Assembly (NCBI GenBank): GCA_023150835.1
Contig: JAKLKB010000073.1
Span: 1 to 38,202, forward strand
Direction: 5' to 3'
Length of the DNA: 38,202 bases
Source of the DNA: Myxococcota bacterium
GTDB lineage: Bacteria; Myxococcota_C; UBA6777
A program made the translations under genes and the position numbers. The notes beneath the pieces are model-generated. The model was not told the DNA's origin. It worked only from the letters and a program-made list of their open reading frames with translations, and did not search any database. Of the stretch, positions 1 to 8,099 are shown piece by piece. The first letter of the stretch is position 1. The number at the start of each line of letters is the position of its first letter.

Positions 1-276
1 CAGCGTCTGCGCGTCGTGCATACAGCGTGTGTCATGAAAAAACAAAATCCCCGCTGCTTCCGACTTTCGCTCCCTCCCCTGTTCACGGGGGAGGGCTGGG
101 GTGGGGGGGCCAACAAGCGCTTCACCTAACGCCTATGGGGCGCGGCCCCACGCCCTGCGAGGGAGCTTTGCCCCCTTGACCCCATGTTGGCGAAGAGATC
201 GATGGTTTTCCACACAAACGACTCTGTCGCTTGAAGTGTCGCGAACATGGGGTTTTTTGGCAACCGCGTAACTCCT
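1..276. repeat. Composite dispersed palindromic repeat / MITE-like element (module A ~16-135 plus module C ~135-276), truncated by the window start
   Basis: 16-150 is a near reverse complement of 6801-6933. 136-276 matches 7031-7152 and 34931-35050 directly and 15470-15610 in reverse. Contains the palindrome CCCCTGTTCACGGGGG. Ends in the TIR CAACCGCGTAACTCCT (261-276). Confidence 0.85.
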
Positions 277-3250
277 ATGGTGATTCGATTTGGGGGGTAG
301 CCTCTGGTGCAGAGGGAGATCCAGAGGGAGCGGGAGTTTGTGGATCGGTGGGTGGGGTGGTGGTGGAGAGGGGCTGGAGTATGTCAAGGATCTGCTGTTT
401 GAGCGAAGATTCGAGGGATATCTCGCGTTTGGGGAGGGCGAGTTCAATTCCAAGAGCGCGAAAGCGTTTGGATATCTCCATGCGGAGTTCGCTGCGGATG
501 CGAAAGCGCGTGCTGGGTTTGGGGAGGGTGACGCTGAGGGAAAAGATCATGGCGTTGGAGGCGAGTTCGCGGAGTCGGACGACGGGGGCGGGTTGTGCGC
601 CGACTTCTTTGTGTTCTTTGGCGATCTTGATCAAGAGATCGTGGACGACGTGAGGGTCGGTGCCGTGTGCGACTTCGACGATCAGCTTATCGCGAAATGC
701 CGAAGCAGCCGACCAGTTGATCAACTTTTGATTGAGAAGGGCCTCGTTGGGCAAGATCAAAAGTCGCCGGTTTGGGAGTTTGATGGTGGTGCTGCGTGCG
801 GATATCTCGGTGACTTCGCCAAAGTGTTCGCCGACTTCGATGTGATCGCCCACAGAGAAAGGGCGGCCAAACAGGATGATCAGGCCCGAGGCAAAGTTGC
901 TTGCGAGTCCTTGAAGGCCGAATCCAAGGCCGATACCAAGGATAAGAAAAAGCAACAAAGCACCGGCAGTTCCGAGTCCAAGGAATTGAAGTCCCACAAG
1001 GATGCTGAGGAACACGACGATGTAGGAGGTGATCGCGCTGGAGGCGAATTGTGCGCCTTCGGAGAGCGTCAACACAGGGTAGAGATAGGTTTGGAGAAGT
1101 TGGGGCAGCAGGCGAGAGAACCAGATGCCGATGCACAGGGCGATCGCGAAATAGCCGAGAGAAAGGAAGGTGACGACACGACCTTGGTACTCGATAAGTG
1201 GAAAAGACAACAGGCTCGGGATCGCGAGCAGTCCGCCCGGGACAGACCACGATGCAAGAGAAAAGCTGAGGAAACTCAAGGTCAATAGCAAAGAGGCAAG
1301 CAGCCGCAAGAGATGGCCGATACGCAGCGGGCGTTTTTTTTCGGCGGGAGGGTTGGCTTCGCGAAATTCGATGCGTAGGGCGTGTTGGATGGCTTCGTTG
1401 AGCAGCCAGAAGCCGCTATGGTGGATGAAGAAAAGCACGATGGTTCCGAGAACTCCCCACGTGAGGAAGTAGACAAGGTTGCGATAGCCCCATAGGTAGG
1501 AGAGAAAGAGCACGATGGCTCCGCTATAAAACAGCGGATACAGTCGATAAAAGGCAACGATGGCAACGCGATCAAAAAAGTGGTTGCGTGGGAACAAGTT
1601 GATCACGTCTTCGCGGTGGCTCAACAAGGTGAGGACGAGCAGCTGGTTGAAGCAAAGGTAGAACAAAAAGAGGATCTCTACCCATACACGGGGGAATTCG
1701 GTCTGTCTCAAAAGATGGTTCGCAACAAAATAAATTGCGGTCCACAAAGCCAGCAAACGCAAGCGATTGCGAAAGCGGTGGGCTGATTTGTCGCTGATGT
1801 GGACGGCCCATCGGGCTTTTGCGTCTGTGCCAAAAAAGGCTCTTGTGAGCCACCAGACCGCACGCAACATCACCAGCAACGCACCAAACAAGAATGTGGT
1901 TTCGAGCCAGAGACCGGAGGTATCGAGGGTCCAAAACAAGAACAGCAAGCTCCCCCAAAAGAACAACAGCCAACGCAAACGCAGCCACAACGTCAAGAAA
2001 AGGATGCCCGTAAACCGCCAACTTTCGAGGGTTTCGCTGGTTTGAGTGCTGGTTTGTAGGCGATCAAGCCAGCGTTGCGTGGGAAGCTGAAGCAACCACA
2101 GCAACACAAACCACGCCGATGTGGCAAAAAAAAGCAAGATAGGGAGTCCGATTTTCCAGCGTTGGGCTTGATGGGTCCAGCGTTTGAGGAATTGTTTGCG
2201 AAAAGAGTTCGGTGTATCGGGAGCTTGCGTTAGCAGCGTGTGCAGTTTTTTTTGCGAGATCTCCAGATCTTTAGAGGTGAACGAGAGCTTTTTGACGAAG
2301 AATAGGCCACCTTCGACCACGCGAGAGAGGCGTCGAATCGAGGTGTCGAGGATTTTGAGCATCTTGCGGTACGTCTCGGCACGCAGCCGAAGGGCTTCAC
2401 GTTCGAGGTTTTCGTCTTCGAGGCGCAGTTCGAGGAGTTCGGCTTGGAGGCGATGTTTTTCAAAGCGCATCCGTTGGAGTGTGCTAAGCAGCCTGCGTTG
2501 GAGTCGGCTGCGCTGGAGAGTCTTGGAGAGCGGGTTGGTGGTGGGTTTGGAGGTGGGGAGTTTGTAAAGCGGATGGGTGTCGTGTTGTGCAGGGAGGTTC
2601 AACAAGATGCGCTTAGCAAGGTCGAGCGCGGCTTGGTTGGTTTCACTTTCGGTTTGGATCTCTTTGATCTCTTCGAAGTTTTTCTGTAGAGTTTGGAGGG
2701 TTTTTTTGAGGCGAAATTGGATACGTTTTCTGGTTCGCTTTAGCGCGATGAAGCTTTGTGGTGTATCCAGTTCGGGCTGCGGCTTGCGTTGGCGGTGAAG
2801 GAACCCGAGGTGGGCTTCGAGGGCTTGGAGCAACAGCGTCATACTTTGATCGCGGGATATCAGGGCGGAGGGGAGTTTGTCGAGGATGTGGATGCTGTCG
2901 TCGCAGAGGCGAACGATCTCAAGGCGGAGCTGAAGGGTGCGAGCGCTTTCTCGCCAGATCCATGTGTTTTGAGGAAGCCGATTGTCCGCGATGACCTTGC
3001 GAAACCAAAGAGCTTCGCGCTGCCAGCTTTCTCTGCGAGTGGTTTCGCGCTGCTTGGCGTTTTCGACACGCGAAACCATCTCGCGACGGCGTCCATCGAG
3101 CCGTTGTTCTTCAGCGCGGCTTTGATCGGGGGCTTGGGCCTCTCTTCCTGCCCGTTGCAGAAACAGATTGAGCAAAGGGTTGGCGAAAGCATCGGCGGGG
3201 GAAAGGCAAAGAAAGAGGGCTACACAAAGAAAACGACGTAAACAGAACAC
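275..3250 (-). CDS. Large MscS-family (MscK-like) mechanosensitive channel with signal peptide, long helical periplasmic region and many TM helices
   Basis: C-terminal MscS motifs GIGLGFGLQGLASNFASGLIILFGRPFSVGDHIEVG and GEVTEISARSTTI..PN...N. Start moved from 3355 to GTG 3250 because GGAGG lies 7 nt upstream and a signal-like sequence follows (FCLRRFLCVALFLCLSPADAFA). Confidence 0.9.
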   Translation of the reverse strand: MFCLRRFLCVALFLCLSPADAFANPLLNLFLQRAGREAQAPDQSRAEEQRLDGRRREMVSRVENAKQRETTRRESWQREALWFRKVIADNRLPQNTWIWRESARTLQLRLEIVRLCDDSIHILDKLPSALISRDQSMTLLLQALEAHLGFLHRQRKPQPELDTPQSFIALKRTRKRIQFRLKKTLQTLQKNFEEIKEIQTESETNQAALDLAKRILLNLPAQHDTHPLYKLPTSKPTTNPLSKTLQRSRLQRRLLSTLQRMRFEKHRLQAELLELRLEDENLEREALRLRAETYRKMLKILDTSIRRLSRVVEGGLFFVKKLSFTSKDLEISQKKLHTLLTQAPDTPNSFRKQFLKRWTHQAQRWKIGLPILLFFATSAWFVLLWLLQLPTQRWLDRLQTSTQTSETLESWRFTGILFLTLWLRLRWLLFFWGSLLFLFWTLDTSGLWLETTFLFGALLVMLRAVWWLTRAFFGTDAKARWAVHISDKSAHRFRNRLRLLALWTAIYFVANHLLRQTEFPRVWVEILFLFYLCFNQLLVLTLLSHREDVINLFPRNHFFDRVAIVAFYRLYPLFYSGAIVLFLSYLWGYRNLVYFLTWGVLGTIVLFFIHHSGFWLLNEAIQHALRIEFREANPPAEKKRPLRIGHLLRLLASLLLTLSFLSFSLASWSVPGGLLAIPSLLSFPLIEYQGRVVTFLSLGYFAIALCIGIWFSRLLPQLLQTYLYPVLTLSEGAQFASSAITSYIVVFLSILVGLQFLGLGTAGALLLFLILGIGLGFGLQGLASNFASGLIILFGRPFSVGDHIEVGEHFGEVTEISARSTTIKLPNRRLLILPNEALLNQKLINWSAASAFRDKLIVEVAHGTDPHVVHDLLIKIAKEHKEVGAQPAPVVRLRELASNAMIFSLSVTLPKPSTRFRIRSELRMEISKRFRALGIELALPKREISLESSLKQQILDILQPLSTTTPPTDPQTPAPSGSPSAPEATPQIESP

Positions 3251-3607
3251 TGGACATCCTCCGTGCCGCGAGGCGACAAGAACAGGGAGAATCTCAAAAC
3301 AGGGGTCGGCGCAAACCCCGAAGGGATGTTGCAAAAGATCCGCTGTAAAGGTCAAGAGGCATCCACATCGTGGGTTCGGGCTGCTGTTTACGTCGGTGTA
3401 GGCTGCGTTTGAGAACGGGGATTGTGTTTATTTCAAACCTGCTTGTATCTTGTTGAAGAACGACACCGACACACCAAAGGCTGTGTTTTGAGGGCAACTG
3501 TGATCTAAAATGCAAGATCAGGCGCGGCTGATCGTGGCGGACAGGAAACAGGTACTTTTGTGATGTTGGCCACGAGGTGATCTTATCGGTATGAAAATGG
3601 AGGCCGT

Positions 3608-5089
3608 ATGGCTGTACACAACCCCGCGCACGGAAGACCAGCTTTTTTGGTGCAACCGGGATCATTTCGATACACCGAACACTACTATCCGAAAGTATTG
3701 AATGCGCAGATCCACTCGATGGTTGCGTTCTTTTTGTCGATGACGACCGAACAGATCGTGAGTCGTTATTGTCACCTTCACCCCCAAACGCCGAAGGCTC
3801 TGTTGTCGCAGTGGTTAAGCTATCCGCCCAAGTTCTTTGCATGGTCTGGAGCGGACTTGTTCAATGTGACGACCTCACAAGGGGTTCGGCGGATGGTGCT
3901 ATTGGAGACGAATTCGTCACCGTCCGGGCAAAAGTCGCTGCCGTTGTTGGATGAGCGGGCGGAACAAGGGGGATATCGGCTGTTGTTGGAAAAGACCTTC
4001 AAGCCGATGGTGGAAGCACGCCGCCTGCCAGCGGGAGGGTTGGCTGTGTTGTACGACAAGAATCCGATGGAGACGACAGGTTACACCAAAGTGATGGCGG
4101 ATGTGTTTGGCGAGCCGGTCTTTGGAGTGGAGTATTACGAGGATGATCCTGATCCCTCGGCGCGTTTCGATGACGGTGTGTTGCACGTGCGGGATGCTGA
4201 CGGGGTGTGGCACCCGATACGAGCGGCGTTTCGGTACGTGACGCAACGTCCGTGGACACGCATCCCGATCTTGACCAAAACGTTTCTTTTTAATCCTGTA
4301 TTGGCGTGTTTGTCGGGAGGACGGAACAAGTTGGTTGCGGCCAAGGCATACGAGATCTTTAATGCGGAACTGGTCGGGAGCGGTTTGTCGATCCAGCTGC
4401 CGCATACGATCCGCGACGTGCAAAAAGAAGAGATCCCGATGTGGCTTCAGAGTATGGGAGGATTCGGGGTGGTGAAGATTCCCTACAGCAACGCGGGGCA
4501 GGGTGTCTTTACGATCACCAGCGAAGCGGAGCTAGAGCAGTTTATGGAGCGCGATTATCCGTACGATCAGTTCATTGTGCAGTCGCTGATTGGCAACTAC
4601 AAATGGAGTTCGCGTGTGGCGGATCGGCAGTTTTTCCATGTCGGGACGGTCCCCAACCAACAACAAGAGATCTATGTGGCCGATATCCGCATGATGATCC
4701 ATGCCACAGACGAAGGCTTCCGCCCCTTGGCAACGTATGCACGCAGAGCGCGGATGCCGCTGATGGATGAGCTTCGCCCCGAAGTGGCGTCGTGGGAGAT
4801 GTTGGGGACCAATCTTTCGGTGAAAACATCGGGCGGCGGCTGGGATGCCGAAACAGAGCGTTTGATGATCATGGATCGACGGGACTTTAACCGCCTTGGG
4901 GTGGGCCTTGATGACCTGATCGAAGGCTTTGTCCAGGCCGTCTTGGCAACCATCGCGATCGACAAGATGGCTGCGATGCTGTTGACCCAAAAAGGCCGTT
5001 TTCGCTACAAGCTATATCGCTCGCTCAACAACGACGACGCTTTATTCCGCGAGATCGAGACGGCTTCGCCCCAAAAAGGCGAAGTCTAG
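3608..5089 (+). CDS. Conserved hypothetical protein, probable circularly permuted ATP-grasp ligase
   Basis: 493-aa ORF with GGAGG RBS. ADLF...VLLETNSSPSG (E-x-N..PSG) lies near the N-terminus, before the lid/ATP motifs VVKIPYSNAGQGV, FIVQSLI and DIRMMI. This order is typical of circularly permuted ATP-grasp enzymes. Confidence 0.65.
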   Translation: MAVHNPAHGRPAFLVQPGSFRYTEHYYPKVLNAQIHSMVAFFLSMTTEQIVSRYCHLHPQTPKALLSQWLSYPPKFFAWSGADLFNVTTSQGVRRMVLLETNSSPSGQKSLPLLDERAEQGGYRLLLEKTFKPMVEARRLPAGGLAVLYDKNPMETTGYTKVMADVFGEPVFGVEYYEDDPDPSARFDDGVLHVRDADGVWHPIRAAFRYVTQRPWTRIPILTKTFLFNPVLACLSGGRNKLVAAKAYEIFNAELVGSGLSIQLPHTIRDVQKEEIPMWLQSMGGFGVVKIPYSNAGQGVFTITSEAELEQFMERDYPYDQFIVQSLIGNYKWSSRVADRQFFHVGTVPNQQQEIYVADIRMMIHATDEGFRPLATYARRARMPLMDELRPEVASWEMLGTNLSVKTSGGGWDAETERLMIMDRRDFNRLGVGLDDLIEGFVQAVLATIAIDKMAAMLLTQKGRFRYKLYRSLNNDDALFREIETASPQKGEV

Positions 5090-5306
5090 GGGCTTTTCAC
5101 AGGCAGGAAGCTTGACAGAGATGGAACAGAAGGAGCAGCGGCGATAGCGCGAGAAGCTCGTCATGGATAGCTCGGCATGGATAGAGTCGGAAGCTCGGCA
5201 GTCATAGGGCAGGAGGTTTTGGTGATGGGAAAAGTATGTGCAGAGGCGCGTTGGGAAGCACAAACACAGGGGGTTCGGTCGTGATCGCTCGGGAGGTTTG
5301 GTGGTG

Positions 5307-6677
5307 ATGGAGAAAGCACGTTTGGAGGCGCATTGGGAAGCGCAAGAAGCCCGTTGGTTGGAGGAATGGAAGGCGTTTTTATCGATCCCGAGCATCAGTG
5401 CTGATCAAGCGCATCTTGCGGATTGTGTGCGGTGTGCGGAGTGGTTGGCTTCGCATCTTCGGGCGCTTGGGTTGGAAGCGGAGTTGCGTGACACCGCAAC
5501 CAAGCCTGTGGTGTTTGCGCGCTACAACTGTCCCGATCCCGATGCGCCAACTGTCCTATACTACGGGCATTACGATGTCCAACCCCCCGATCCGCTGGAG
5601 GCGTGGGAGAGTCCGCCTTTTTCTCCCACATACCGCAACGGGCGGATGTTTGCGCGTGGTGCGCAAGACAACAAGGGCCAGACCTTTTATGTGCTCAAAG
5701 CACTCGAAACGTTGTTGCAGCAGGGAGCCTTGCGCTACAACGTGCGGCTGTTGATCGAAGGGGAAGAGGAAACGAGTTCACGGGCGTTTGCCAACGCACT
5801 GCCTGCTTGGGAAGCCGATCTTAAAGCGGATGTCTTGATGGTGTGCGACACCAGCAGCCTTTCGCTTGAGACGCCGACCGTGACGATGGGCTTGCGTGGA
5901 AGCCTGTTTGCGGGGATACGCCTCGATGGACCCGGATACGACGTCCATTCGGGTTCTTTCGGTGGGTTGATCCGTAACCCTGCGGTGGAGATGGCGCATC
6001 TGCTTTCGACATTGCACGACGCACAGGGTCGGATCGCTGTAAAGGGATTTCTCGACGATGTGGCCGAGCCTTCCGAAGAAGACAAAGCGATGGCGCACAA
6101 AGCTCCCTATGCTTGGGCAGATATCAGCGATCGTTTGGGGGTTGCGTTGGATGGGGGCGAATCAGGGATTCCTCCCGCTTATCGTGTTGGATTTCGCCCC
6201 ACTATCGAGGTGAACGGCTTGTTGTCTGGTTATAACGGGCCGGGTGTCAAAACGATCATCCCTGCGTACGCGACCGCCAAGATCACTTCACGATTGGCCG
6301 CAGGCCAAGATCCCGAACGAGCGCTGCGCTGCTTGATCGCACACCTGCACCAACACGCGCCACCCTCGCTGCGCTTTCACATCGAGGCCCAAGGTATCGG
6401 CGGCCCTGCACTCCAATTGAGCGTGCATGAGCCTTGGATCCAACACGCTGCACGCATCCTTGCTCCGCTCGCAAAACGCGAAGTCGCCTTTGCTTGGGAA
6501 GGTGGCTCGATCCCCATTGTTGGGCAGCTGGCCCGACTGTCGGGCGCTACGCCGATCCTTGTCGGTTTTGGCCTCGAAGAAGATCGCATCCACTCACCCA
6601 ATGAGTCTTTTTCTCTTGAGCAAATGCGCATGGGCTTTCTTTATGTTGCGAATTTTCTTTCTTCTCCTCGGGGATGA
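5307..6677 (+). CDS. M20-family metallopeptidase (dipeptidase-like, ArgE/DapE/Dug1-CNDP group)
   Basis: Motifs YGHYDVQP, ARGAQDNKGQ, IEGEEE, HSGSFGG, GGSIP, IHSPNE. GGAGG at 5292-5296. Start ATG 5307 (GTG 5301 or 5304 also possible). Confidence 0.92.
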   Translation: MEKARLEAHWEAQEARWLEEWKAFLSIPSISADQAHLADCVRCAEWLASHLRALGLEAELRDTATKPVVFARYNCPDPDAPTVLYYGHYDVQPPDPLEAWESPPFSPTYRNGRMFARGAQDNKGQTFYVLKALETLLQQGALRYNVRLLIEGEEETSSRAFANALPAWEADLKADVLMVCDTSSLSLETPTVTMGLRGSLFAGIRLDGPGYDVHSGSFGGLIRNPAVEMAHLLSTLHDAQGRIAVKGFLDDVAEPSEEDKAMAHKAPYAWADISDRLGVALDGGESGIPPAYRVGFRPTIEVNGLLSGYNGPGVKTIIPAYATAKITSRLAAGQDPERALRCLIAHLHQHAPPSLRFHIEAQGIGGPALQLSVHEPWIQHAARILAPLAKREVAFAWEGGSIPIVGQLARLSGATPILVGFGLEEDRIHSPNESFSLEQMRMGFLYVANFLSSPRG

Positions 6678-6697
6678 CTCTTCGATTTTTTATCACT

Positions 6698-7152
6698 GTT
6701 TTTCAATCCAACGACTTTCTCGCGTAGAGGGACGCGAATACGGCTTTTTTGGTCACCGCGTAAGTCTTATAAAAGCGAAAGATTGATTGGATGGTCTTTG
6801 TGGGGCGCTGCCCCATAGGCGTTAGGTGAAGCGGAGGAAAGCCCCCCACCCCGCCCTCCCCCGTGAACAGGGGAGGGAGCGAAAGTCGGAAGCCTCGGGG
6901 ATTTTGTTTTTTCATGACGCACGCTGTATGCACCAACTTCCCCCCGTTCACGGGGGGATTGAGGGGGGGAGAAAAAAAGAAAAGGCGATCAAGACCGACT
7001 CTACGAGGTTTCCACCTTAACAAGGCGCGTATGGGGCGCTGCCCCACACCCCGCAAGGGGTCGCGGCCCCCTTGACCCCGTATTGGCGAAGAGAGCGCAG
7101 GTTTTTCAAATCAACGACTCTGTCGCGAGAAGGGGGGCGAACACGGGATTTT
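6698..7152. repeat. Composite cluster of the dispersed repeat family: C-tail with TIR (6698-6768), inverted module A (6801-6933), module B (6934-7030), module C (7031-7152)
   Basis: Visual alignment with 16-276, 15470-15635, 34903-35050 and 38055-38202. Hairpins CCCCCGTGAACAGGGGAGGG and CCCCCCGTTCACGGGGGG. TIR-like CGCGTAAGTCTT ends at 6768. Confidence 0.85.
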
Positions 7153-7186
7153 GATGACGGGATTTTTGGAAAAGGTTTTTCGAAAT

Positions 7187-7235
7187 AAAAAAACTGCACG
7201 ATGACTCGGAACCGTCCGACGTCGGCATCGTGCAG
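7187..7235 (-). terminator. Intrinsic (rho-independent) terminator of a minus-strand small transcript
   Basis: The minus strand reads CTGCACGATG-(22 nt containing TCGGA-CGGT-TCCGA)-CATCGTGCAG-TTTTTTT, i.e. a perfect 10-bp stem directly followed by 7 T. Confidence 0.8.
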
Positions 7236-7350
7236 CGGGATTCTAGTTTGTTACACGAGGTCGGGAAACCCAAAGCCTAAGCCGCTTCCCGTTGTGTGCG
7301 TTGTGTTTGCACACGCCTTCGAGCAAGTGACGCACGCGCAGAGCGAGCGG

Positions 7351-7401
7351 TCAGCTTTGGAACCTCCATGTACCAGCCGGAGAACACACCTGTTTGTCCA
7401 C
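7351..7401 (-). CDS. Putative 16-aa small peptide MDKQVCSPAGTWRFQS
   Basis: GTG start 7 nt after GGAGG within an extended Shine-Dalgarno (AGAAAGGAGGTGATCCA-GTG); TGA stop. No homology evidence. Confidence 0.35.
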   Translation of the reverse strand: MDKQVCSPAGTWRFQS

Positions 7402-7525
7402 TGGATCACCTCCTTTCTATTCGGCAACGACGGGGACGCGATTCCCAGCCGCAAACTCTCACCCATGCCGTGTCGGTGAGAGCGTCGGAAGCGCATGGTT
7501 GTGTTGTGCGCCTCGCTGATTTGGT

Positions 7526-7580
7526 GAGATACCGCAGGGTTTTGAATCGCGCAAGTCTTTTTTTTGATTTTTTTGTAATT
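7526..7580 (-). promoter_or_regulatory. Putative sigma70-type promoter with A-tract UP element
   Basis: Minus strand: ...TTACAAAAAAATCAAAAAAAAGAC-TTGCGC-17 nt-TATCTC. The -10 box is imperfect. Lies in the most AT-rich part of the window (~7555-7710). Confidence 0.45.
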
Positions 7581-7734
7581 TGTTGAATACAAAAAGGAAA
7601 TAACTTTGCTGGTGGAATTTGAATCATAAGCAATTTCAATGTTTTGAGATTTTAAAGGGGGAATCATTTACGAGATCGCAATCAAAAAGTTCGATTCTTT
7701 TTTGAGGTTTGTGCGGCGTAAAAAATGCGGTGTG

Positions 7735-7768
7735 CAAAAAAGCCGGTGTTCGCGGCACTTCAAGCGGC
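7735..7768. repeat. Partial copy of the module C tail
   Basis: CAAAAAAGCCGGTGTTCGCGGCACTTCAAGCGGC matches 15487-15519 (CAAAAAAGCCGTGTTCGCGGAGGTTCAAGCGGC). Confidence 0.7.
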
Positions 7769-7774
7769 GCAGTC

Positions 7775-7860
7775 ATACGATATCCGAGTGATGTACACAA
7801 AGTACGTAGACGCCCTGTTGTTGGGCAGCCACAGGGGGCGAACACTCGGATACTTCGTAT
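7775..7860. mobile_element. Small MITE-like element, family 2, containing a partial GTAG-type REP
   Basis: Ends ATACGATATCCGAGTG (7775-7790) and CACTCGGATACTTCGTAT (7843-7860) are inverted repeats. Interior GCCCTGTTGTTGGGCAGCCACAGGGGG is shared with 37318-37342 and 37441-37467. Confidence 0.55.
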
Positions 7861-8099
7861 GTAAAGCCCATCGAGCGGGGGTCTCTGACATGGGCAGATG
7901 TCGTATCAGCCCACAGGCATCGGGTGAAGAAAAGAGACTGAAATGTCATACCGATACGAAAAAGGCCGATGTTCGGGTGCGAGCGGTTCGCGAACCTACA
8001 ACGGTTTGATTTTTCAAGGTTTCCCTCTTCGACTGCGTCACTCCTATTTTTATGTATGTTTGTTTGCCTTTTTACGTACATCCATGAGAAAGTGTCTTC

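Larger units (their letters stand above)
7187..7520 (-). ncRNA. Putative small RNA / small-peptide mRNA (~330 nt)
   Basis: Bounded by a promoter-like sequence (7526-7580) and a terminator (7187-7235). Internal hairpin CTCTCACC/GGTGAGAG (7456-7482). Carries AGAAAGGAGGTGATCCAG (7418-7401). No long ORF with protein-like character. Confidence 0.5.

Noticed and set aside
3300-3385. c-di-GMP-I riboswitch-like words (GCAAACCCCGAAGGG...GCAAA)
   Set aside because: The GNRA loop/receptor and P2 stem do not fit convincingly by eye. A cmscan hit would be required.
5155-5182. Two 14-bp tandem units AGCTCG(T/G)CATGGAT between the ligase-like and M20 genes
   Set aside because: Too short and isolated to assign a function; probably a local duplication.
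7401-7418. 16S rRNA gene fragment (CTGGATCACCTCCTTTCT)
   Set aside because: The upstream sequence lacks the rest of the 16S 3' region (no AAGTCGTAACAAGGTA). The motif is better read as an extended SD-like element on the minus strand.
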